IMG/VR virus record: IMGVR_UViG_3300035070_003276
Location: 24,994-88,993 of that record
DNA: 64,000 bases
Strand: one strand, 5' to 3'
Origin: a virus
Lineage: Duplodnaviria > Caudoviricetes
The notes under the pieces are model-generated. The model worked only from the letters and a program-made list of their open reading frames with translations, ran no database searches and was not told where the DNA came from. The stretch's first letter is position 1, and each line of letters begins with the position of its first letter. The position numbers and the translations under genes are program-made. Positions 37,601 through 45,802 of this stretch are shown piece after piece.

Positions 37601-40600
37601 CCCAGCTACTTCACAAACAACTACGATTAACGAAACATTCTATATTGTTTCGGATGGAGCCGATGGGTTATCAGCAATAACTGTTGTTAATACGAATCAA
37701 TCACATACATTACCTGCCTCATCTGATGGAGTAGTTTCATCTTATGTTGGTAGTGGTACTAATATTTTTGTATATGAGGGAACTGGTTCTCTATCGTATG
37801 ATGGGTTTGGTACATCAGTTGCAACTTGGAAAGTATCTTCTTCTATATCACCTGATAACGTAATTACTGTTGGTTCAATAACCGATAATGGTGATGATAT
37901 TACAATTGGTGATTATAGTGGAATGGATAGTGGTGAATCAATCGCAAATATTACACATACTATCACAGGTCGCAGGGTAAATGGGGATTCATTTACATCA
38001 GAAACAACGCAAACTATTACTAAGGCTAAGGGTGGTAGTGATGGTGCACCTGGTAGCTCTGGTGCTGGTGTAACTTATAGAGGTGAATGGGCAAATGATG
38101 CTGGTGTAACCTACAACTCATCAGATGCAAGAAAAGATGTTGTTAAATTTAATGGTGATTTCTATATTGCAGATTATGATGGTGGTGATACATTTGCTGG
38201 AAACATATCACCACCAAACGCAACTTATTGGACTACCTTTGGAGCACAATTTGAATCAGTAGCTACTGATATCTTATTCGCTGAAGATGTTTACGCTAAC
38301 CGAACTGTAAACATTGGTACTGGTGAAAGTGGAAACCCTGTAATTGCTCTGAACGCTGATTCATCATCTGGATACGCAAATCCATTCATATCAATTGGAC
38401 AAACCACACAAGGGTTTGAAAGTGATGGTATCTTTATGGGTTTTGATGAAGGAACTGCAAGTTTATCTTTAACTGGTGAAAATGTAAAAACAAACATTGG
38501 TGGATGGCAAGTCGATAAGAGTGGTTTATTTTATGAAACCGAATATTCTATTGGAGATGCAATAACAACTGAATTTTACGCAACATCATCACTTGCACCA
38601 GGTTCAATTCCAAACTGGCTATATTATTCTGGGATTTATAATGTAGTATATAATTATTATTTTGGTTCCGGAACCAACGGAGTACTTACAACTAATGATG
38701 CAGTAAAAATTTATACAAGAACACCTGACCCTTTTGGTAGTGGTTCACAAATGACTGCATATGGTCAAATCACAACAACTCATACTATCAATGGATATGA
38801 TGGGACTGGTGATTTGGGTGTATTTACATTAGAAGGACCTGCATTATATGCGGAATCATCATCCATTGATTTACTCACATATGTAACTTCATCTTTTGAT
38901 TTGAGTGCAGGTGGTCCTGGTGACACAAAAGCTGAAATAGTATGGCTAGATGGTGCTAATTTTATACAGGCCTTTGAAGCTGGTACTTCTCGTACTGTTC
39001 CATTAAATTGGGCGACTGTTGTAAATACAGCTTCATTTTCTGATAAGAATTGGTTAGGTACACCTGATTTTGCTCCACATACAAATGCATATGTATATAC
39101 CACAAACGTAAATGTAGGTTCATATATCTCAGAATCGGTTGCAATAAAATTAGCAACCATAGATGGTGGAAACTATTTGGATGCAGGTACTGACTCTCAA
39201 ATAGAAACTGAAATATACAACACTACCGGTCAAGACTGGGTTCTATCGGTGGATGGGCAAAACCCAGCTACCAATCAATTTATCTTATACACAATACACC
39301 GAACTGGTGAGATTATTGATACATTTGGTATGGGTACTGTTAAGGCTGGTCGTTTGGGTGAATCACTCATAACTGGTGATGCTATTCGATTATCAACATC
39401 TGGCTCTGATACTGGTACCGATAAGCCATTTATATCATTAGGACAATCAACTGCTGGATATGATAGGCGTGGGGTGTTCATCGGATTCCCATCAGCATCA
39501 GCATTTCCACATTTATCTATGAGAAGTCCTTCTGGTGATTTTATGAGATACAATGGGGATTCTATTCAATTTAGTGGTGATTTAACTGGTGGTTCAATTG
39601 AGGGTACTGATATTACTGGTGGTACTCTTAGTATTGGTTTAATTAGTGGTTCAACTAATCAATATAATTTTACTGTTGATAATCAAGGTAATGTATCCGC
39701 TTCAAATGCAGAATTAAGTGGTATCGTAAACGCTAATAGTGGTAGAATTGGCGATTGGGTAATTGATGTGGATACAAATTCATTAAGAGATAATAATTCT
39801 GAAATTATATTTGAACCAAACATACCTGAATTACAATTTTACACTGGTAGTGAAAAGAAGGTAATCATCGGACCACAACCCACACTATCCGATATAGCGG
39901 GTTCAACTGGGATTGAAATGACATTTAGTAGTTTAGCAAGTGCTACACCTGATGAAGGAATTAGTGTAACTAGCACAACACCTTACGGAATATCGTATAG
40001 TAATTATTCAACGGGTAGTGTAACAACAGGACCAACGGGTGGTACTATTCCTGTAGCGGTAGGTGATATACAAATTGGATTAACAACTCCAACGATGACA
40101 CTAAATCCACCCACTCAATTTATTTCACAAACAACATCATATCCAAATTATTCACCAACGTTTACGGGTCAACTACATGGTAGAGTATTCGGACCCAATA
40201 CCATTAAACAACGTGCCTATTTATATTTAGAAGTGGTTGATACAAATAATTCTGATGCGGTTATTGGTAGAAAATTAATAGCACAAACAAGTGAGGCTAG
40301 GAGTGCATATGCAGGTCCTGGTAATTATTATACTGGAACTTATACCGGTAATGGTGGTGGCGGTGAATTAACAGTATATTCAGTAGTTGGTAATACTAAA
40401 ATAACATTATCTGATGGTTCTACGATTTTGGCAAAAGATGTTAAAAAAGGACAAAAGATATTAGCTTGGAATTGGAATGATAAGATTGATACACATAATG
40501 GTGTTGATGGGTTTGATGTATTTACAATAGATGATGTTAAGAGTAGAACTACAACCAAAATATACAAAATAACAGTAGGTGATAAGGTTGTTGAAGTATC

Positions 40601-41714
40601 GGATTCTCATGGATTTTGGAAAGATAACAATGAGCAAATAAAAGCTACTGAACTTATAGCTGGTGAAAGTAAAATTTATGTAAAAGATGGTAATTCCATT
40701 TCATTACAATTGGTTGATGGTGTTGAAATATTAGAGGGTGATAAAGTATATACATTCTCAGTTCCTGGTGTTTACAACTATATATCAAATGATATTATAT
40801 CTCATAACATTTCTACTGGATATTGGACATACACAGACACCCAACAAGGTGGTGTGGCTGCTGTAAATGGTTCTTATACTGGTGCAGCTCAAACAATAAG
40901 CATACCAATAACAACTGCATCTACTGCAGCCGCATTCAGATATTCAATTAGGTTAAGTACCCTTGCTGGATATGTAGAAAATACCAATTCATCGGGTACA
41001 ATTACTACCAATTTTATATCATCAACAGCTGCATATAATAATACATCCACACCAGCAACCTCTACTACTGGATATCTACAACCAATAACAGTGGATACTG
41101 GATTAGACTTTTCTATTTCATCTAACTTTGTTGAAATAAAAGCTGGTGGAATTCAAGTAGTATCTGACCCATCGGTTTATGTTCAGATACCAAGAAAAGC
41201 ACCTGGTTCATCGAATCCAAATATATTCTATGCTCAAGGTGGACAATCTAACTTTAAATCACTGCAAGATGCTGGATTTACTTATGATGTTGGTATCGTT
41301 TGTGATGGTATGTTGCTGCCTGGACAAGATGACCATTGGGATTTGGGTAAGGGATCTGTTAGATGGGATGATATTTACGCTAGTAGTGGTATTGTAAACT
41401 CATCGGATAGAAATCAAAAATCGAATATTCAAACATCTGATTTAGGATTGGCATTCATAAATAGTTTAGTACCATCATCATATAAGTTCATTAGTGGTAG
41501 TGTTGGTAGAACTCACTATGGTTTAATTGCTCAAGATGTTGAAGCAACTTTAGATTCGTTTGATAAAACCTCAATTGATTTTGCTGGATTGATAACGGGT
41601 TCTAATTATGGATTAAGATATCACGAATTCATTTCACCAATGATTAAGGCAATTCAAGAGTTGACTAATAAGGTTACACAATTGGAAGCTCAAATTAGTG
41701 GTTCAAATACGTAA
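31650..41714 (+). CDS. giant tail fibre / receptor-binding protein (3354 aa) with Ig-like repeats, a Hint domain and a C-terminal S74 chaperone
   Basis: repeated DGxxG-delimited beta modules; RGxW carbohydrate-binding-like repeats; Hint and peptidase S74 motifs. Confidence 0.88.
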   Translation: MARIKKYSPEQNLSSFQTLIVDDNPNSDYFRITEFKDTFTGGKNGFLIEGSEYLKETTEIKIEILDVEGNPIFYEPAKGIPEYYEGISSLIAVYIYNDTPIGLGKITILGELKEYIDNDVKRTIPDVWKGTYNVKWERTFQINKILANEDRVRFFKRPQINIDEINKPIFNNNANLVTQIGNVNGIPLAPTAGTSLTEFSLPTSYRLNVSNGSNWTGSIEGNSISFDSIDYNPIVLDVVSETEIIVSPPYAPNGIVAPFSNESYTTSFNYLEGVSDLATALTGSFAKISITDMKTVVGDAARVKVYRRSQSNLTDYEFVQEIQLESNELLRDIETTEANEISYGTFTQDVLSQYWMTSSNDISVELNTGFLYNSTKLNSTEGNYFLTKQSFPIQSGVEYTLDFNVKKGSVSPTDFLKVTLSGSLNGTPKSQTIVNIPSSNAILQKRNFTENIIADDFDEARLYFEVDGVDWYVNNVSLKASQETSFSPDEITFIQQVPKTLQTETFDYRFEFYDINNNYIPVLVEDTKTFDGGNLNLFNKDITITPNNLYFSFDSASAPSNPLPPTTITFDVETTLVTGSITYTSGAYDEFGDLILSSEYVGGQYPGLMSGYETLSPTLTVADFTGSRDDITVQYIRFTGEVEGVSDDVVITRTQDGKGGVNFEIRPYRGTIIKNKDESTLEVQAIRIDGVNEIILKDNLPQNGFSDAKLRVQSGSEYILLSEAQSSGFIQGLTAGITGSGELNYNAVFDRTSITGQLPLYLMDGTTEQDILTTLLLTDLQDGLGAGFVTFDVEQFNINPKEDTTFTPQTASLAGNFYLRGTNESPISGTLQVFPSMSIDESLLPEYYMFFETGAFDNRITVTATNAQNEIIGSGIPGDSVDYYTPIDSKQLTFNFTYVEDFTSESISVDKTIFVAPDGLGIEPVVVSVDPLTLNLNSNQQGEVYSYTPLDTTITAKQGKLDLIYTGSEKPGTFYTESISTTNIEYTTESFTNTTLSLTGFQNMTSSLVANVDYNLKVYPYYTSSFQTQTITQRITKGVDGSDAVEILVEPSVVTLQANENGTVSDYSTANTDIVVKQGNLYLSYETSSLPGTYNVSATGSGIVVGDISASSQYDLDFGDETVHFTNFSELEGGSGSVDYNFVVFPYSLTNGVAGVVETYNKKQVFSKSNDGTAARSVSLSTTTEVVNFDGDGVVTSPLGSIFLEATAFNVTASQTYYQFFRDGFAYSLVGTEPTFEIGSGDATSPGETATWRVQIRDGQSNSPVVASSEVTIAGIKAGADNYQVFLTNPSPSVGVEVDGTTTLDTTGTQITALKGTTQLTHVSTYSDETLDLIGDPIGTIGEFSSSLYYVPPFITQPNIPNGNPANIDPITDWSTPQDNKAATIVYKVDIENGRATYFLSQSLSTVFEGATGPGIVVRGEWTGSVDYLFSLEQKRRDAVVYKYDNGGEQETHYFGTTNTLNDFKRLPYTSSVGITDEPSYDGTQEQGDVDTFGWEYLGQQDMFVAAKIAIFEESFVENTINVGIPPDGFPNANIAIVGGTDEPYIAIGQQGTQGFAQPGVFMGMTNDGGPNGTSGTMGILSLKSTPNGGEYKSLEWDGDTLTIRGSIRQTAAGVVEPSLRGTWADGVDYNPEDLVQYIGETWSSNTTHTSNISGGVTDGPPGTGPWTIAAGAGKNISLSADSYVIQYDEFGLNPIPSSTISLIASSSNFVDAYYKFTGGGAVFTDETSFTDGLTANTDTATLTVPSSYFSTPLTIKVAVSEGNQVEKLSDTITITALKSGADSTPQYMITPLTGTQIKNSSGNIELQVQESSINGLSDVNSGDIKIYKNDSSLLNASMSGVTGDEYNPTLDSDAITGTLNLQLRDVSDNVLDSITLVDVSDGLGGGSFISPNLKATRNPGYGIYNPTFLSATASFFDTSGTEYQKQVRITPSLSGVTDYMEVGTASGDSEITITANDGDGGSITLGGSSVATKDVVLVATFTDPATSQTTTINETFYIVSDGADGLSAITVVNTNQSHTLPASSDGVVSSYVGSGTNIFVYEGTGSLSYDGFGTSVATWKVSSSISPDNVITVGSITDNGDDITIGDYSGMDSGESIANITHTITGRRVNGDSFTSETTQTITKAKGGSDGAPGSSGAGVTYRGEWANDAGVTYNSSDARKDVVKFNGDFYIADYDGGDTFAGNISPPNATYWTTFGAQFESVATDILFAEDVYANRTVNIGTGESGNPVIALNADSSSGYANPFISIGQTTQGFESDGIFMGFDEGTASLSLTGENVKTNIGGWQVDKSGLFYETEYSIGDAITTEFYATSSLAPGSIPNWLYYSGIYNVVYNYYFGSGTNGVLTTNDAVKIYTRTPDPFGSGSQMTAYGQITTTHTINGYDGTGDLGVFTLEGPALYAESSSIDLLTYVTSSFDLSAGGPGDTKAEIVWLDGANFIQAFEAGTSRTVPLNWATVVNTASFSDKNWLGTPDFAPHTNAYVYTTNVNVGSYISESVAIKLATIDGGNYLDAGTDSQIETEIYNTTGQDWVLSVDGQNPATNQFILYTIHRTGEIIDTFGMGTVKAGRLGESLITGDAIRLSTSGSDTGTDKPFISLGQSTAGYDRRGVFIGFPSASAFPHLSMRSPSGDFMRYNGDSIQFSGDLTGGSIEGTDITGGTLSIGLISGSTNQYNFTVDNQGNVSASNAELSGIVNANSGRIGDWVIDVDTNSLRDNNSEIIFEPNIPELQFYTGSEKKVIIGPQPTLSDIAGSTGIEMTFSSLASATPDEGISVTSTTPYGISYSNYSTGSVTTGPTGGTIPVAVGDIQIGLTTPTMTLNPPTQFISQTTSYPNYSPTFTGQLHGRVFGPNTIKQRAYLYLEVVDTNNSDAVIGRKLIAQTSEARSAYAGPGNYYTGTYTGNGGGGELTVYSVVGNTKITLSDGSTILAKDVKKGQKILAWNWNDKIDTHNGVDGFDVFTIDDVKSRTTTKIYKITVGDKVVEVSDSHGFWKDNNEQIKATELIAGESKIYVKDGNSISLQLVDGVEILEGDKVYTFSVPGVYNYISNDIISHNISTGYWTYTDTQQGGVAAVNGSYTGAAQTISIPITTASTAAAFRYSIRLSTLAGYVENTNSSGTITTNFISSTAAYNNTSTPATSTTGYLQPITVDTGLDFSISSNFVEIKAGGIQVVSDPSVYVQIPRKAPGSSNPNIFYAQGGQSNFKSLQDAGFTYDVGIVCDGMLLPGQDDHWDLGKGSVRWDDIYASSGIVNSSDRNQKSNIQTSDLGLAFINSLVPSSYKFISGSVGRTHYGLIAQDVEATLDSFDKTSIDFAGLITGSNYGLRYHEFISPMIKAIQELTNKVTQLEAQISGSNT
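40380..40808 (+). other. Hint (intein-like / BIL-type) domain inside the tail fibre, aa 2911-3053
   Basis: SVVGNTKITLSDG (block A), VSDSHGF (block B), VYTFSVPGVYNYISNDIISHN (blocks F/G); the +1 residue is Ile. Confidence 0.85.
41403..41711 (+). other. peptidase S74 intramolecular chaperone domain
   Basis: SDRNQKSNI...LVPSSYKF...HYGLIAQDVE...LRYHEFISPMIKAIQEL followed by a coiled coil. Confidence 0.9.
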
Positions 41715-41728
41715 AACAAATTTAGTAT

Positions 41729-41736
41729 ATACTTAT
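41729..41736 (+). promoter_or_regulatory. putative late promoter
   Basis: ATACTTAT upstream of ATG 41763. Confidence 0.55.
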
Positions 41737-41762
41737 ATATAGATAATAAAAATAACTAAGTT

Positions 41763-42035
41763 ATGGAACAAAAAACAGAAACATTAGACCAATCGATAAT
41801 TGATAAACTAAAATCAATTCAAGAACTACAAAACAATATGGTAATTGGGTTGGGGCAAGTTGCGGTTCGAAGAAGAGAAATTGAAAAACAATCAGAAGAA
41901 CTTAATTCTAAAGAAATTGAATTTGGTAATAAGTTAGATTCATCAATGGATGAAATGAATTCAGAACTAGCCGAATTGGATAAAAAATACCCAAATGGAC
42001 AAATTGACTTAGATGCAGGAACAATAATTTACTAA
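41763..42035 (+). CDS. small coiled-coil protein, paralogue of 46593-46940
   Basis: LGQVAVRRREIE...KKYPNGQIDLDAGTI. Confidence 0.8.
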   Translation: MEQKTETLDQSIIDKLKSIQELQNNMVIGLGQVAVRRREIEKQSEELNSKEIEFGNKLDSSMDEMNSELAELDKKYPNGQIDLDAGTIIY

Positions 42036-42041
42036 AAAATA

Positions 42042-42073
42042 TTTGGTAAATTAAAATATTCTTTGTATCTTTG
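42042..42073 (+). promoter_or_regulatory. Bacteroidota primary-sigma-type promoter (exact consensus match)
   Basis: TTTG-N20-TATCTTTG upstream of the glycosylation cassette. Confidence 0.75.
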
Positions 42074-42105
42074 TAAATAAGTGTAATTATACACTAAATT
42101 TGTTT

Positions 42106-44274
42106 ATGTCAAAAAAGAAATTGTTATACATATCATCTCACCTATCTACTGGTGGGATGCCACAATACCTATTAAAACAAATCGAAATATTTAAAGATGA
42201 TTTTGATATTGAGGTAATTGAGGTAAATAACCACAGTGGTGGTGTATTTGTAGTTCAGAAAGACCAAATCAATAATTTGGTTAAACTACATACATTGGGA
42301 GATGATAAATCTGAAATTGTTGATTTGATAGAATCTATCGAACCAAACATCATACATTTTACAGAAGTACCAGAACACTTTTTATCTTATGATATCTTAG
42401 ATAAGTTGTGGGTAAAATCACGTAAGTACAATATTGTAGCATCAACTCATGGGTCTGGGACAAATCCAGATGAAATTCGTTACCAACCTGATAGATATGT
42501 TTTAGTATCTGAGTGGAGTAGGAGAAAGTTTGAACATTTAGGAGTTGATACCAAAGTATGGGAATATCCAATAGAGAAGCAAATATTCAATAAATCTGAA
42601 TTTAAAAAAGAATTGGGATTTGAAGAAGATTGGAAGCATGTTCTTATGGTTGGGTTATTTACTGAAGGTAAGAATCAAGGTGAAATATTCAAAGTAGCAA
42701 GAATCTTAGAAAAGTATAAAATCAAATTCCATTTCGTTGGAAACCAAGCTATGAACTTTGAATCATATTGGGGGCCTATAATGAATAGTAAGCCTGATAA
42801 TTGTATAGTATGGGGTGAACGTAATGATGTAGATAAATTCTATAAAGCATCGGATATGTTCTATTTCAGTTCTAAGTTGGAATTGAATCCACTATCAATT
42901 AAAGAAGCATTAGGGTATGGGTTACAATGTATATTCAGAAGGTTACACACTTATTTGGATACATATGATTCTAATGAATTGGTTACGTATATTGATGATG
43001 ATATAAACAATACTAAGAAAATTATAATAGAGCTATTGGAACCTCAATTCAATGAGATACCAGGTTGGTTCGCATATGCGGGGTTATATGACCGAATGGT
43101 AAATAACGCTAAAGGTGGTGAGGTATTTGTAGAAGTTGGAAGTTGGTTGGGTAAATCATCTAATCATATGGCTACATCAATTACCAAATCAAAAAAGAAT
43201 ATAGATTTTACTGTTGTTGATACTTGGAAAGGTACTGATGATGAACAACTACATCAAAACATAGTTGGTTCATATGGTGGTGATATTTATGGTGAATTTG
43301 TGGAGAACACAATAATGAGTGATAACTTTGGTACATTCACTGCTATAAAAGATACCTCTGAAAACGCATCAACTCAATTCCAAAATGATTCTATTGATTT
43401 CATAATGATTGATGCTGGGCATGATTATACTTCTGTAAAAGATGATATCAAACGATGGTATCATAAAGTTAAATCTGGTGGATTTATTACGGGTGATGAT
43501 TATGGAGTTTTCAAAGGAGTTAATGATGCTGCTAATGAATTCTTTTATAATCAGATGTTAATTGATAATCGTAGTTTTGTTCGTAGGAAGCCAAAGATTC
43601 AGATAAAACATTTAATGACTCGACCAGATGATTTAAGAGAACGTATAAGTCAAGAATCATTAAAACAACTACAATCGTATGGTATGGATTACGAAGCTAT
43701 CGTAAACACACCTTATACTGATTTCCCACCAGCAGAACATTGTAGGAGACCACAACATATATCTCCAACTAATACACCTGGTGAACTTTCACCTGGTGCT
43801 GGTTTGGGTTGGATAACTGGAGGACATTATGGTTGTTATATGGCACATAGATTCGCATTAGAAACAATGAGTCCTGATTATGATTACACATTAGTATTTG
43901 AGGCAGATGCATATATCCATAGTGGATTAATGGAGTTTGTTGAGATTGTACATAAAGCATGTTTCATATCAGAAAGAGATAATGTACCATTTATATCATT
44001 TGCAGATAATCCATCAAACTCTAAAGAAAAGATAGATGAGTTGTTTAGTAAAACCGCACACAACCAAGATTTAGCACACGCATACTTAATCCCAAATAGA
44101 GAAAAGGGATGGTGGTTAGATAGAATAAAAGATTGTGAATGGGATGTAGCTGATTTATGGTACAATCACGTATTCTACCATCACCAAAGACCAAGATACA
44201 CAACTAATAAAATGTATTCAAATCAGGCTGAAGGATTTTCATTATTGGATTTAACAAATAAGACTTGGAAATGA
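42106..44274 (+). CDS. three-domain enzyme: GT-B (GT4-like) glycosyltransferase, class I SAM methyltransferase, GT-A (GT25-like) glycosyltransferase
   Basis: HLSTGGMPQY...SKLELNPLSIKEALG; FVEVGSWLGKS...DFIMIDAGHDY...GGFITGDDY; GHYGCYMAH...LVFEADA; ATG 42106 preferred to TTG 42100. Confidence 0.8.
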   Translation: MSKKKLLYISSHLSTGGMPQYLLKQIEIFKDDFDIEVIEVNNHSGGVFVVQKDQINNLVKLHTLGDDKSEIVDLIESIEPNIIHFTEVPEHFLSYDILDKLWVKSRKYNIVASTHGSGTNPDEIRYQPDRYVLVSEWSRRKFEHLGVDTKVWEYPIEKQIFNKSEFKKELGFEEDWKHVLMVGLFTEGKNQGEIFKVARILEKYKIKFHFVGNQAMNFESYWGPIMNSKPDNCIVWGERNDVDKFYKASDMFYFSSKLELNPLSIKEALGYGLQCIFRRLHTYLDTYDSNELVTYIDDDINNTKKIIIELLEPQFNEIPGWFAYAGLYDRMVNNAKGGEVFVEVGSWLGKSSNHMATSITKSKKNIDFTVVDTWKGTDDEQLHQNIVGSYGGDIYGEFVENTIMSDNFGTFTAIKDTSENASTQFQNDSIDFIMIDAGHDYTSVKDDIKRWYHKVKSGGFITGDDYGVFKGVNDAANEFFYNQMLIDNRSFVRRKPKIQIKHLMTRPDDLRERISQESLKQLQSYGMDYEAIVNTPYTDFPPAEHCRRPQHISPTNTPGELSPGAGLGWITGGHYGCYMAHRFALETMSPDYDYTLVFEADAYIHSGLMEFVEIVHKACFISERDNVPFISFADNPSNSKEKIDELFSKTAHNQDLAHAYLIPNREKGWWLDRIKDCEWDVADLWYNHVFYHHQRPRYTTNKMYSNQAEGFSLLDLTNKTWK

Positions 44275-45413
44275 TATACGATAAATTAAAAAAGAATAAA
44301 AACAATATTGTTGATATTAAGAATAGAGTTATTACTCATTTTGTAAGAGGACCATTTGTTGAGATATTGGGTAATATTGATGAAGAGTATAGAGTACAAT
44401 TTATTGATAAAAATACAAACACAATACGATTTGAAACCACAATAAGAAATAACAATTGGGCTAAATCAAATATAGAATATTGTATTGATTGGAAAGTGAG
44501 AGTACTCAAAGGGGATGATGTTTTCTATGAACATGATTTCAATCCAAATGGTAAACGTGTGTTTATATCGATGGGCTCACGAGCATTAGGTGATACATTA
44601 GCATGGTTTCCATATTTTGAAGAGTTTAGAAAAAAACACAACTGTGAATTGATTGTATCCACTTTCCACAATCATATGTTTGAAGAACAATACCCTCAGT
44701 TTGAATTTGTTAAACCGGGTTCAACTGTACCAAATTTATATGCAATGTATGATGTTGGTTTATTCTACAATGAGGATGGGAGTGTAAATGAATTAAAAAA
44801 TCCAAATGATTTTAAAACCCAAACAATGCAAAAGATGGGTTCCGATATATTGGGATTGGAATACAAAGAGATACGACCTTTACTACCCAAATCAAATGTT
44901 GTAAAGGATGATAAGTTAATAACTATTGCAATTCACGGAACCGCACAATCAAAATATTGGAACAATCCAACTGGTTGGCAAGATGTGGTTGATTGGTTAA
45001 ATGATAAAGGATATACAGTTAAGTTACTATCCAATGAAGGTGATAACTATATGGGTAACAAACATCCAAATGGAATTATACAACACCCATCGGGTCCATT
45101 AGAAGGTGTTATGGATGAGATGAGAAAATCAAAAGCATTCATAGGTATTGGGAGTGGTTTAAGTTGGTTAAGTTGGGCATTGAATACAAAGACTGTATTA
45201 ATAAGTGGGTTCTCATATGATTGGGCAGAAATGAGTGATTGTGTTAGAATTACACCACCCAAAGATAAATGTAGTGGGTGTTTTAATCGATTACGATTGG
45301 ATGCTGGTGATTGGAATTGGTGTCCAGACCATAAAGGAACGAATAGGCAATTTGAGTGTACTAAGGGTATATCATCCCAAATGGTAATTAACGAATTAGA
45401 AAAGTTCTTATAA
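44271..45413 (+). CDS. AAH/TibC-type (autotransporter strand-loop-strand) protein O-heptosyltransferase
   Basis: ALGDTLAWFPY, STAQ-like GTAQSKYWN, FIGIGSGLSWL, and four C-terminal Cys in CSGC...WCPDH...FEC matching the Fe-binding motif; ATGA-coupled start at 44271. Confidence 0.8.
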   Translation: MIYDKLKKNKNNIVDIKNRVITHFVRGPFVEILGNIDEEYRVQFIDKNTNTIRFETTIRNNNWAKSNIEYCIDWKVRVLKGDDVFYEHDFNPNGKRVFISMGSRALGDTLAWFPYFEEFRKKHNCELIVSTFHNHMFEEQYPQFEFVKPGSTVPNLYAMYDVGLFYNEDGSVNELKNPNDFKTQTMQKMGSDILGLEYKEIRPLLPKSNVVKDDKLITIAIHGTAQSKYWNNPTGWQDVVDWLNDKGYTVKLLSNEGDNYMGNKHPNGIIQHPSGPLEGVMDEMRKSKAFIGIGSGLSWLSWALNTKTVLISGFSYDWAEMSDCVRITPPKDKCSGCFNRLRLDAGDWNWCPDHKGTNRQFECTKGISSQMVINELEKFL

Positions 45414-45802
45414 TGAAAAAAGTATGGATGAATGGATGTTTTGATGTTCTACATCATGCTCATTTTAAAATGATTGAGTTCGCATCTACATTTGGTGAGT
45501 TAGTTGTTATTGGAATTGATTCTGATAAACGAGTAAAAGAACTAAAAGGAGATGATAGACCATTTCATTCAGAGGAAGAACGTAAGTATAATTTAGAACG
45601 AATTAAAGGAGTGAGTAAAGTTATAATATTCGATTCTGAGTTAATGTTGGAAGAGGCTATTAAACGATATCAACCAGATGTTTTTGTTATTGGCTCTGAT
45701 TATAAAGATAAAAACATAGTTGGCGAATCGTATAGTAAATCAATGGTTTTCTTTAATAGAATGGAAGATTTTAGTACAACAAAAATATTAACAAATGAGT
45801 AA
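45413..45802 (+). CDS. rfaE2: heptose-1-phosphate nucleotidyltransferase (HldE/RfaE domain II-like)
   Basis: NGCFDVLHHAH HIGH motif; DSDKRVKELKGDDRP; GSDY; STT. Confidence 0.82.
   Translation: MKKVWMNGCFDVLHHAHFKMIEFASTFGELVVIGIDSDKRVKELKGDDRPFHSEEERKYNLERIKGVSKVIIFDSELMLEEAIKRYQPDVFVIGSDYKDKNIVGESYSKSMVFFNRMEDFSTTKILTNE

Noticed and set aside
40380-40808. Canonical self-splicing or mobile intein
   Set aside because: The +1 residue is Ile, there is no homing endonuclease insert, and the host protein is a variable fibre region; it is reported as a BIL-type Hint domain instead
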